Positions 42,468 to 49,672 of a stretch of DNA of 49,672 nucleotides are shown here, piece after piece. The notes beneath the pieces were generated by a model, which worked only from the letters and a program-made list of their open reading frames with translations, did no database searches and had not been told where the DNA came from. The position numbers and the translations under genes are program-made. Numbering within the stretch: the stretch's first letter is position 1; every line of letters starts with the position of its first letter. Origin of the DNA: Parcubacteria group bacterium Gr01-1014_33 (lineage in GTDB: Bacteria; Patescibacteriota; Minisyncoccia; Sungbacterales; HO2-52-23); NCBI GenBank assembly GCA_007376125.1, contig VMFQ01000012.1, forward strand, positions 1 through 49,672, read 5' to 3'.

Positions 42468-43223
42468 TTAACTTTCCCACGGCTCTTTTCCTTTTACTCG
42501 AAGCTCATTAATAATTATTTCGGCATATGTAAGATCACGCGAAGAATCAATATCAACGCTTCGCCACGCTTCAAAGAAAAGCGGGAGAATACGTGTTCCG
42601 CTCATAGAGTGTTGTACTGCGATAGTGTCTGTCCGGATCACATCTATGTGCCCGAAAGGGAACATCATTGAGGGAAGAAGCTGATTTGGCATGTTGTGCG
42701 GTTCACGATACTTTTCAAAAACTTCAGGAAATTCTTTGATAAGAAAGGATTCAAGGTATCCGTCCACTCCCACTTTATACATCTTAAAAGGACTGTAGGG
42801 CGTCTTGCATACTGACCGTACAGAATGCGCATCCGGGTGATCCAAGAGAAGCTGTATCCCCCGATCAATATCCGCGGTTGATTTAAGAGGCGACGTGGGA
42901 CGGAGATGCACAACCGCATCCGGAATATGTCCTTCTTTTTCTTTGAGCCATTGAAGAGCATGTTCAAACACTGGTAAGTCGGGCGTATCGTCCAACGCAA
43001 GTTCTCCCGGACGCATAAATGGGACTTCGACACCCTCGCTTCGCGCGACATTTGCCATTTCCTCGTCGTCAGTCGAGATAATAAGGCGGGTTATCAGTTT
43101 CGCCCCTTGCGCCGCTCGAATGGTGTAGGACAAAAGCGGCAACCCCGCACATGGGACAATGCTTTTTTTAGGAATTGATTTTGATCCTCCCCGCGCAGGG
43201 ATAATAGCAAGAATGTGCGTCAT
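42468..43223 (-). CDS. neuA: Acylneuraminate (NulO) cytidylyltransferase
   Basis: ILAIIPARGGSKSIPKKSIVPCAGLPLLSYTIRAA...TRLIISTDDEEMA. Confidence 0.85.
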   Translation of the reverse strand: MTHILAIIPARGGSKSIPKKSIVPCAGLPLLSYTIRAAQGAKLITRLIISTDDEEMANVARSEGVEVPFMRPGELALDDTPDLPVFEHALQWLKEKEGHIPDAVVHLRPTSPLKSTADIDRGIQLLLDHPDAHSVRSVCKTPYSPFKMYKVGVDGYLESFLIKEFPEVFEKYREPHNMPNQLLPSMMFPFGHIDVIRTDTIAVQHSMSGTRILPLFFEAWRSVDIDSSRDLTYAEIIINELRVKGKEPWES

Positions 43224-43270
43224 TATGTAGATAAAACCCGCCTGCCGCTTGCGAAGTTTCTATATATTCC

Positions 43271-44572
43271 CTACCTCACCAATAGCTCAATATCACCGTC
43301 ATACTGGATTTCTATAGGAGAATCGCCAAATGAGGTAAACCTTGTCTTGAGAGGACTTTCAATAAGAGTCATGGGTAGGCTCTTGAAGCGTTTACCAGTA
43401 AATTTCCGATAGACTCTATTGCAAAAAGGCCGAGCGCGTATCCATCTTCGACGCACATCGCGATCGAAAAAAGTAGGTAGGAAAGTAGCTGTGGCCGATG
43501 GCGCGCCTATATTATCCTCATTCCAGGAAAAAGAATACCGCTTGCCGCGAGAAAGGGATTTTGGAAGGAAAAAAGAAGAAAACTTTTTAACCGGATCGCT
43601 CACGCATTGTTTCTTATAATGCGCGCGAGGAGAAGCAACTTTTTTTGCTAAAACCATAATCTCCTCAAATGTATCTGAAGCGTCTTTCATTACCTCATAG
43701 CCATGCCGATTTAAAAGTTTTTCTATACCGCAATAGGTATACGAATGAAGATGCGGAAGCCAGAAGAGAATTGTTTTAACCGGTTCATAGAGCGTATTAG
43801 GCATGGCAAGGATAATATGGTCCCCTTCTTCCTGAAGAGCTGCCGCGGTCCTTATAAATTCGTTTGGGTTGTACACATGCTCAAATACATGTGCGCTGAA
43901 AAATATTCCGATGGGAGCAACGGATTTAAGCGCCACAGCCACTTTCGGATTTTCAAAATTCCCCACATGCACCGGATACCCATAGCGTTTAGTGGCGAAT
44001 TCGCTTCGAAAGCGCGAACTCTCTACTCCTATCAGATTCTTGAATCCGATATTTTCAAACTCCTTCAAGACATCTCCGTATCCACAGCCAATGTCGCATA
44101 CGGGAGTGTTTGCACCAATGGCCAAAGATTTTGCAAGATGAACTGCAGCTCTCCGCGCGGGTGGAATTTTTTGCTTTTTTGCATGGGCAGCTTCCTTGAT
44201 TGCATCCCGCTTCTTTGCCCAGTCCCAATCGTTGAGGTAAAAATTCTCCATCCATTCTTTTGTCGGCCGATCCATGTAGCCGGAATATCCGCATTCAGAG
44301 CAATGGCCAATTCGCATGCGCCTTACATCATGTCCTGCGACCAGCGTAAGAAATGTCTCTAATTCTACTCCGCAACAGGGGCATAAGTTTTGAACGTCAA
44401 AAGGAACGTCGGATCCTAATTTGATTGTCCGATAGGTATAATAATGACGAAAATAATGTAAACGAAATCCACATTGATTCAATGCTTTTTGAGAATTTTT
44501 TCCACGTGGCTTAAAAAAATATTGCGGGATGACACGAAATTTAGTTCGCTCATTTTTTTGGCGTGAGAGCAT
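43271..44572 (-). CDS. Class I SAM-dependent methyltransferase with N-terminal Cys4 zinc-ribbon-like motif
   Basis: CPCCGVELE...CSECGYSGY precedes VCDIGCGYGDVLKEF (motif I). The ATG at 44572 is chosen because the track start at 44638 is a TTG. Confidence 0.7.
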   Translation of the reverse strand: MLSRQKNERTKFRVIPQYFFKPRGKNSQKALNQCGFRLHYFRHYYTYRTIKLGSDVPFDVQNLCPCCGVELETFLTLVAGHDVRRMRIGHCSECGYSGYMDRPTKEWMENFYLNDWDWAKKRDAIKEAAHAKKQKIPPARRAAVHLAKSLAIGANTPVCDIGCGYGDVLKEFENIGFKNLIGVESSRFRSEFATKRYGYPVHVGNFENPKVAVALKSVAPIGIFFSAHVFEHVYNPNEFIRTAAALQEEGDHIILAMPNTLYEPVKTILFWLPHLHSYTYCGIEKLLNRHGYEVMKDASDTFEEIMVLAKKVASPRAHYKKQCVSDPVKKFSSFFLPKSLSRGKRYSFSWNEDNIGAPSATATFLPTFFDRDVRRRWIRARPFCNRVYRKFTGKRFKSLPMTLIESPLKTRFTSFGDSPIEIQYDGDIELLVR

Positions 44573-45587
44573 ATCGTATATATTGCGGAAGAGGGTAATT
44601 TTTAGACCTCTCAAAAGTTTGAGAGTGCCCCTCCACAAGAGATGCTTCGGATAAAAACGCCCCGGTAAACATCAGCCGTTCACCTTCTAGGCAATGCCCG
44701 CCCTTATGTAGGCCACTGGTATCGCAAAAAATCAGAGTTCCGGCAGTTCCGGTGCATACTCGGATATCACTCGCAGAAATGGTTTTTTCCACTTCTCCCG
44801 GCTTAGGATAGGAGCCTTTAGGGAACGACTGCGACGCAACATGCCGCCACCTTCCTCCATATTGCGAACCGGCAATATAACAGAAAGGTCCCCTCTTCTC
44901 ATTGGAAACATCATTTATATATAAAAACACTTTGACGAGCTTAATATCATCTGGATCACGGTGCCAGCGCTGGGAAAAATAGTTGGGAAATTTTTTTGAC
45001 ACAGGAATCGTGAGCGCCAGATTATAATATGCAAAACGAGTACACATGCCCATATAGCTATTTATGATCCCGAGCACCACATCGCTTAGTGCCATTCGCA
45101 TAAAAGGATTAGTAAGATCAATTGCAGTGGAATCGCTGTGACCCCATAAAGAGATAAAAAAATCTTTTCTTTCTCCACCCTGGCGAGATGCTTTTTCAAG
45201 TTTTTTTAATACCACGTTCTCGTTATATCCCTCGAGCTCTTTTTCTTTTTCTGCAAGAAACTTTTTTTGTTCTTGAATACGCGCCTGAACTGATAAACTT
45301 TCTAATTTTTTGAATGTAAAACTCTGGATATCAGTAAAAATTTTCTTATCTGAAAGTAACCTTTCCAAAGGGACAACAGCGATACCATCCCGCTTAAGTG
45401 CAGCCATTATCTCTTTTTGAATATTATTTAATTCATAATAAGAATTCTTCCAGAATATGCGCGGTTTTCTATTGCGTACATAATACCACACAGGCCATGC
45501 AAATCGTGTAGTATAATAATATGCATGATAGCTTAGTTTGAGGATTTTTTTTCTTGCATACCCGATTTTTTTAAAAAAAGAAGACAT
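44550..45587 (-). CDS. PhyH-like Fe(II)/2-oxoglutarate-dependent dioxygenase
   Basis: WHRDPDDIKLVKVFLYINDVSNEKRGPFCYIAGS with a distal GLHKG gives the HxD...H facial triad pattern. Confidence 0.65.
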   Translation of the reverse strand: MSSFFKKIGYARKKILKLSYHAYYYTTRFAWPVWYYVRNRKPRIFWKNSYYELNNIQKEIMAALKRDGIAVVPLERLLSDKKIFTDIQSFTFKKLESLSVQARIQEQKKFLAEKEKELEGYNENVVLKKLEKASRQGGERKDFFISLWGHSDSTAIDLTNPFMRMALSDVVLGIINSYMGMCTRFAYYNLALTIPVSKKFPNYFSQRWHRDPDDIKLVKVFLYINDVSNEKRGPFCYIAGSQYGGRWRHVASQSFPKGSYPKPGEVEKTISASDIRVCTGTAGTLIFCDTSGLHKGGHCLEGERLMFTGAFLSEASLVEGHSQTFERSKNYPLPQYIRYALTPKK

Positions 45588-45619
45588 ATTTTTTGATAGT
45601 TAGAACTTATGCATTTGGT

Positions 45620-45710
45620 GTCATTCCCGCCTCCGGTCGTAGCTGAGGGTAAACTCCAGCGGGAATCCAGTATTAAGAAGAACTGGATTCCCAATCGCGT
45701 TGGGAATGAC
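45620..45710. repeat. GTCATTCCCGC ... TTGGGAATGAC palindromic repeat
   Basis: gtcattcccgcctccgg...ccagcgggaatccag...ctggattcccaatcgcgttgggaatgac. Confidence 0.7.
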
Positions 45711-45734
45711 AGAAACAGCGAATCACATAAATAA

Positions 45735-46562
45735 TTACCACGCGGTTTTGCCGCCGTCCATGATAAGATTTGCTCCGGTCATAAACAAAGAGGCATCCGA
45801 ACAAAGAAAAAGCATTGCGCCGTTATATTCCCCCCCTTGCGCCATCCTGCCAAACATGATGAGCGACGAGTAGCGCTTCACAAAATCTTCCGGATGAGTT
45901 GGTGTTTGCATGCCCACTGGACAAAACATATTTACGCGCACACCATGCGGAGCAAGATATTCAGCCCATGCGCGCGTAAGCCCCAGTAATGCGCTTTTTG
46001 TCGCAATATACGCGGCCGATTTGTATTTGCCCGAGCCCTCTCCGTAGACGCGATGATCATATGCGGTTACCGCAAGTTCCGAACCCTGATTGATGATTAC
46101 TCCTCTTTTTTGATTCATCATTATGGGACTTACCGCTTGCGTGCAAATTTCCGCTCCGGTTAAATTTACCTCAACTTCTTTGCGCCACAAGTCTATCGGA
46201 TATTTTTCATAGGGCGCAAAAAGCGCTTCCGCATCTTTGCTTCCTACTGCGGGATTCATTGCCGCATTATTGATAAGTACATCAATTTTGCCAAATTTTT
46301 TCACCACCGCATCTACTGCGGCTTCAACTGCTTCTTTTTGGGTGATATCCACTCTTACCGCCATCGCCTCAACTCCGCTTGCATTTGTAATTTTTTGCAT
46401 GGATTCCTGCATCACCATTTCATCTTTTAGATCAAAAAGAACTACATGTGCTCCGGCCATGCTCAACACATCCGCATACTGCATACCCAAAAACCCCGCG
46501 CCTCCAGTAATAATCACCACGCGATCTTTTAGGGAAAATAGTTGAAAAATATCAGGATTCAT
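45735..46562 (-). CDS. SDR family oxidoreductase (paralog of 34344-35159)
   Basis: The ATG at 46562 gives MNPDIFQLFSLKDRVVIITGGAGFLGMQY. NNAA and YIATK are present, and the shared C-terminus is GANLIMDGGKTAW. Confidence 0.75.
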   Translation of the reverse strand: MNPDIFQLFSLKDRVVIITGGAGFLGMQYADVLSMAGAHVVLFDLKDEMVMQESMQKITNASGVEAMAVRVDITQKEAVEAAVDAVVKKFGKIDVLINNAAMNPAVGSKDAEALFAPYEKYPIDLWRKEVEVNLTGAEICTQAVSPIMMNQKRGVIINQGSELAVTAYDHRVYGEGSGKYKSAAYIATKSALLGLTRAWAEYLAPHGVRVNMFCPVGMQTPTHPEDFVKRYSSLIMFGRMAQGGEYNGAMLFLCSDASLFMTGANLIMDGGKTAW

Positions 46563-47323
46563 GTTTTTTGAGGATTTCGCGCACAAATTCAAGCTGCCTT
46601 TTCGCGTCCCCGAGATAATCGTCGCTTCGCCATGCCTGCAGAATATATGTTCCATTATAACCAATCTCCGAGAGGACTGCAAAGCATTTTTCAAAATCAG
46701 CATCGCCCGTGCCCAGAATCACCGACTGTGTGCTTCCCCCCTTCCGATCTTTTACATGCACTCCAAAGACACGCGTACCAAGCATCTTGAAATCTCTTGG
46801 ACAATCAAATCCATACGAGGTGCAATTGCCAATATCATAATACACGCCGACGCGAGGACTTTTGAAGCGATCCACGAAATCAATGAGCTCGTTTACGGGA
46901 AGTTCGGTTTCAAACGCAATCCGCAACGTGTTATCCCTCATCCCGTTGAGCGCTTGGGTGATAACGGAAATAATTTTCTGTTTCTCTCCTTCGCTTTTAA
47001 CCGCGTGATCCTCAAGAAGCGGAATAAGAATAAGGTTTTGGCCAATCTTGGCCGCATATTGCATCTGGGGAATAAGTTCGCGATTCACCACCTGAACCGG
47101 GTCTCTTCCCACCAACGGATACTTCATGAAATAGTCCGAGCACATTGAGAGAGTTTCTATTCCGCTTAAACTCTTCCCAATCCAAAAGCCACTCAATGCA
47201 ATCAAATCCCATCTCGCGCGCCACCTTAAACTCTTTCTGCCAATCCGGCGGAAAAAATTGCAACCGTTTTTCATTTTCCGGGCGCAGGGTAAGCCGCCCC
47301 TGCATAATTCCAATTTTGTTCAT
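46552..47323 (-). pseudogene. UlaE/SgbU-like sugar-phosphate 3-epimerase/isomerase (xylose-isomerase-like TIM barrel) with a frameshift
   Basis: The N-terminus MNKIGIMQGRLTL...GFDCIEW is in the frame of ORF 47012..47350. The rest (SGIETLSMCSDYF...VGVYYDIGN...HVKD...GYNGTYILQAW) is in the frame of ORF 46552..47313. The switch lies within 47167-47188. Confidence 0.6.
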
Positions 47324-47442
47324 CCCGTGAGAAATAGGACGCAGACGCAAAGGGCATCTTGCGTACTATGTTATTGCTAATAATTTTTTTCTATGTATGT
47401 TATATTTTCGGGTATGCGGCCGCGATTTCTAACGAGGTTCAT
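47324..47442 (-). repeat. Stop-to-start intercistronic element, copy C (near-identical to copy A)
   Basis: About 105 nt are identical to 28313-28420 except for one T-run indel and a few end bases. The sORF is MNLVRNRGRIPENITYIEKNY (47442-47377). The 3' arm ATTTCTCAC is followed by GGG-ATG (47323). No upstream gene abuts this copy. Confidence 0.7.
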
Positions 47443-47573
47443 CCCGCGAGAAGTCTGTCTTTATAGAATTTGTGATTCACTTCAGACAGACAAAATATCT
47501 TTATGCCCCTATTTGTTTATACCCCAGCGTAAAGATTTTAGCAAATCTTTCCACCGTAATCCCTCACCGCATT

Positions 47574-47675
47574 GTCATTGCGAGTCCCGCTGAAAGCGGG
47601 ACGTGGCAATCCCGTTTCCCAAGATTAAGATTGATTCGTCAAAACGCATTGGGAATACGTTTTGACTCGCAATGG
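47574..47675. repeat. GTCATTGCGAG ... CTCGCAATGG palindromic repeat (copy 3)
   Basis: Read directly. The inner hairpin is CCCGCTGAAAGCGGG, and the trailing GTGAGAGGTTAC is as at 18585-18596. Confidence 0.7.
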
Positions 47676-47782
47676 CGGAAAAAAGGTGTGAGAGGTTACT
47701 TTCCACCCAAGACCTATCACGAGATCCATATTTATTAAAACCTATAAAAATACACAAAAGTTGCGGGGTTGAGGGAATCTCA

Positions 47783-47810
47783 TTGACAACATCCGTATAA
47801 GAAATATACT
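47783..47810 (+). promoter_or_regulatory. Sigma70-like promoter predicting a leaderless mRNA for the AKR gene
   Basis: TTGACA-16 nt-TATACT-6 nt-ATG (47817). Confidence 0.5.
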
Positions 47811-47816
47811 GAAAGC

Positions 47817-48708
47817 ATGAAAAACAACATGCCGCAAAAAAAGCTTGGGAGGACAAATTTTTTGGTTTCTAGAATCGGGCTTGGGACAGTTGAGCTTGGC
47901 TACACGTATGGCATTGGGCCACGCACGATGCCTGACGAAACAGATGCCATAAAATTGCTTCGCGAAGCAGTTGAGATGGGGGTAACATTTTTTGATACCG
48001 CGCATTTTTATGGTTCTGCCGAAGAGCGCATTGGTAAATCCGGAATTGCAAAGATGGAAGGAGTGATCGTCGCAACAAAATGCGGCCATGTGCTTGATAA
48101 GGCACTTGCGATAACGAAGGAAGAGCTTGAAAAAGAGGTACGGAAAGAAGTGGATGAGTCAAGAAAAAAACTTGATATGGACACACTTCCTCTTGTCATG
48201 TTCCATGGCGGATCAAAAAAGCAAATTGAAGAAGGCGGGCTTATTGAAATTATGCAGCAGCTGAAGGATGAAAAAAAGGTGGCATACAGCGGTATTACCA
48301 CGCGCGGGGAAGAGGCGCCGATGGCCGCAATCCAAAGCAATTTCTTTGATGCGCTTCAAGTACCCTATAGCATTTTGGATCAGCGGATGAGTAAGGCGGT
48401 ACTTGCCGAAGCCGAGAAAAAAAATATTGGCATTGTCGCAAGGTCTGTGCTTCTCAAAGGCGCGTTAACTCCGGCGGTAGTATGAACGCATCCATGTAGT
48501 GCTTGTGGGCACAAACAACCTGGACCACATCCAAAACGCCGCTCGGGTCGCAGAAATGGATCCGCTCCCGCAGGACGTATTGGAGAATCTGAAAAAACTT
48601 GCAATAGAAGACATATCGCAGGTTGACCCCGCCCACTGGCCGCCTTCATCCGTAAGCGACAGCAAGAACGGAGAAAAACTACTCCCGCATCTTTATAAGA
48701 GGAAGTAG
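47817..48708 (+). pseudogene. Aldo/keto reductase with internal deletion and frame break
   Basis: ORF 47817..48485 has LGRTNFLVSRIGLGTVELG...FFDTAHFYG...IGIVARSVLLKGALT. After a stop, another frame continues from 48481 with (Y-E-R-I-H-V)VLVGTNNLDHIQNAARVAEM, the AKR C-terminus. The ~50 aa normally in between are missing. Confidence 0.6.
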
Positions 48709-48762
48709 TATCCCATTCTTATCTCTTCCTTATCTCTCTTTCCACTCATTCTGAAAAACAAT

Positions 48763-48804
48763 CCTACTCACACTTACTTGCTATAGCAAGTAAGTGTGAG
48801 TAGG
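48763..48804. terminator. Perfect 19-bp stem hairpin between convergent genes
   Basis: CCTACTCACACTTACTTGC-TATA-GCAAGTAAGTGTGAGTAGG. On the minus strand it is followed by ATTGTTTTTC. Confidence 0.5.
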
Positions 48805-48879
48805 AAATTTTGACCATATAGGGAACCCTATTTTTCAATAGAGTGAGTAAAGTGTCCTAAATATCTATAGTTTCTCCCA

Positions 48880-48925
48880 ATAAAAAATGGCGTTTCAATT
48901 TGCATCGAAACACCATTTATGTTTT
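48880..48925. terminator. Bidirectional intrinsic terminator
   Basis: ATGGCGTTTC-10 nt-GAAACACCAT (9 of 10 pairs) is flanked by AAAAAA upstream and TTATGTTTTT downstream. On the minus strand it follows the neuB-like stop by ~30 nt. Confidence 0.6.
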
Positions 48926-48949
48926 TAGAATTTTATCTTTGCACTGCCA

Positions 48950-49672
48950 CTATTCTACATCGGCAAACGTGACATTTTCGTCAAAAAGGATGTCTCGCTT
49001 TGCTTTCTTTCCGATGATACGCGCCAAATTGCCATCCATTGCATAGACGCCATTACCAGGCCTTTTGGCACCAAGGTGAGATGCGGTGATGATCTCCCCT
49101 TTTTTGATATCAACAACTGCACAGATGCTCTTTCGCATACCGATGATGTTTTCAAGCTCTCCGCCACGGGGACGGATTTCGGGTGTTCCCAATGCCTTCT
49201 CCACGACCCGAATCGCATCTACAAATTCCTTAAACTCTTGGGGCTCCATGGATGCTTTGTGATCCGGACCGCTTCGCGCTTTGTCGTCAGTAAAATGGCG
49301 TTCATATACTTTTGCGCCAAGAGCCGCCGCCGCAATGCTTGAAACCGGCCCTTCGGTGTGATCCGAAAATCCAACCACATCAACAAATCTTTTCAGAGAT
49401 TGCATCGCGAGTAAATTTTGATCTTCCGGATTTGCGGGGTAGTTGGTATTGCATTGGAGAAGAATCAAATTATCCGGATTTGTTTTATTTTTTTCCGCCT
49501 CATCGCGAAATGCAGACACAGCCGCCATCACCTCGGTTTCGTTTGCAAGACCCACTGAAAGAATTACCGGTTTCCCGGTTTGCGCAGTTCTTCGAATAAG
49601 CGGATGATTTACGGTTTCAATCGAGGCGAGCTTATACGCCATAACTACTAACTTTTCCAATTCGTCCACAGC
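48950..49672 (-). CDS. neuB: NeuB-family nonulosonic acid synthase with SAF domain; N-terminus outside the window
   Basis: VGFSDHTEGPVSSIAAAALGAKVYERHFT...GPDHKASMEP, with SAF tail VVDIKKGEIITASHLGAKRPGNG. The ORF is open to the window edge. Confidence 0.8.
   Translation of the reverse strand, partial: AVDELEKLVVMAYKLASIETVNHPLIRRTAQTGKPVILSVGLANETEVMAAVSAFRDEAEKNKTNPDNLILLQCNTNYPANPEDQNLLAMQSLKRFVDVVGFSDHTEGPVSSIAAAALGAKVYERHFTDDKARSGPDHKASMEPQEFKEFVDAIRVVEKALGTPEIRPRGGELENIIGMRKSICAVVDIKKGEIITASHLGAKRPGNGVYAMDGNLARIIGKKAKRDILFDENVTFADVE

Noticed and set aside
1-49672. tRNA, rRNA, tmRNA or RNase P genes in the longer spacers (5925-6408, 30473-30731, 47443-47816, 48709-48949).
   Set aside because: I found no T-loop (GGTTCGAATCC-like) or cloverleaf arrangement and no rRNA-like conserved blocks. 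The spacers are explained by palindromic repeats, promoters and terminators. This was checked by eye only.
1-49672. Autonomous mobile element (IS, transposon, integron or prophage) as the source of the repeats.
   Set aside because: No transposase, integrase, recombinase or phage structural motif appears in any ORF of 60 aa or longer. If the repeats are mobile, they are non-autonomous.

Overview
This 49.7-kb window is almost fully coding and is transcribed mostly on the minus strand. Plus-strand genes are only at 929-3456, 38993-39697 and 47817-48708. It is a very large surface-glycan locus. It carries four NeuB-family nonulosonic-acid (NulO) synthase paralogs and four CMP-sugar-type cytidylyltransferases. 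It also carries a PseB/PseC/PseG/GNAT set and a hydrolysing UDP-GlcNAc 2-epimerase (NeuC type). Many tailoring enzymes are present: a formyltransferase-NUDIX fusion, three or four methyltransferases, a PhyH-type dioxygenase, two SDRs, a 2-hydroxyacid dehydrogenase, a FemAB-like transferase and a CE4 deacetylase. Four paralogous ~450-aa GT-B-like proteins of unclear function are interspersed. The left flank holds a polyprenyl-phosphate sugar phosphotransferase, a GT4, a UGDH-like/epimerase pair and a Wzy_C-type membrane protein with TPR repeats. Embedded in the locus are a type IV pilin-like gene and rearranged DMT/EamA transporter genes. A three-gene islet interrupts it (wHTH/Zn-ribbon hypothetical, DEDDh exonuclease, and a coiled-coil protein with a near-perfect 27-bp tandem repeat). 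The intergenic DNA is unusually structured and falls into several repeat families. The most striking family is a ~100-nt element present four times. Each copy starts at the stop codon of the upstream gene with a small ORF (MNPVRN...) and ends exactly 3 nt before the start codon of the downstream gene, and has terminal inverted repeats. Other families are long low-complexity palindromes, GTCATTGCGAG/GGGAATGAC-ended palindromes, and a 51-bp exact inverted repeat 5.9 kb apart. Several genes look decayed: DUF559 with an in-frame TAG, a frameshifted UlaE-like TIM barrel, an aldo-keto reductase with an internal deletion, and a truncated EamA. No rRNA, tRNA, CRISPR array, transposase or integrase was recognised. 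All functional calls rest on motifs I recognised by eye in the supplied translations. No database search was possible.
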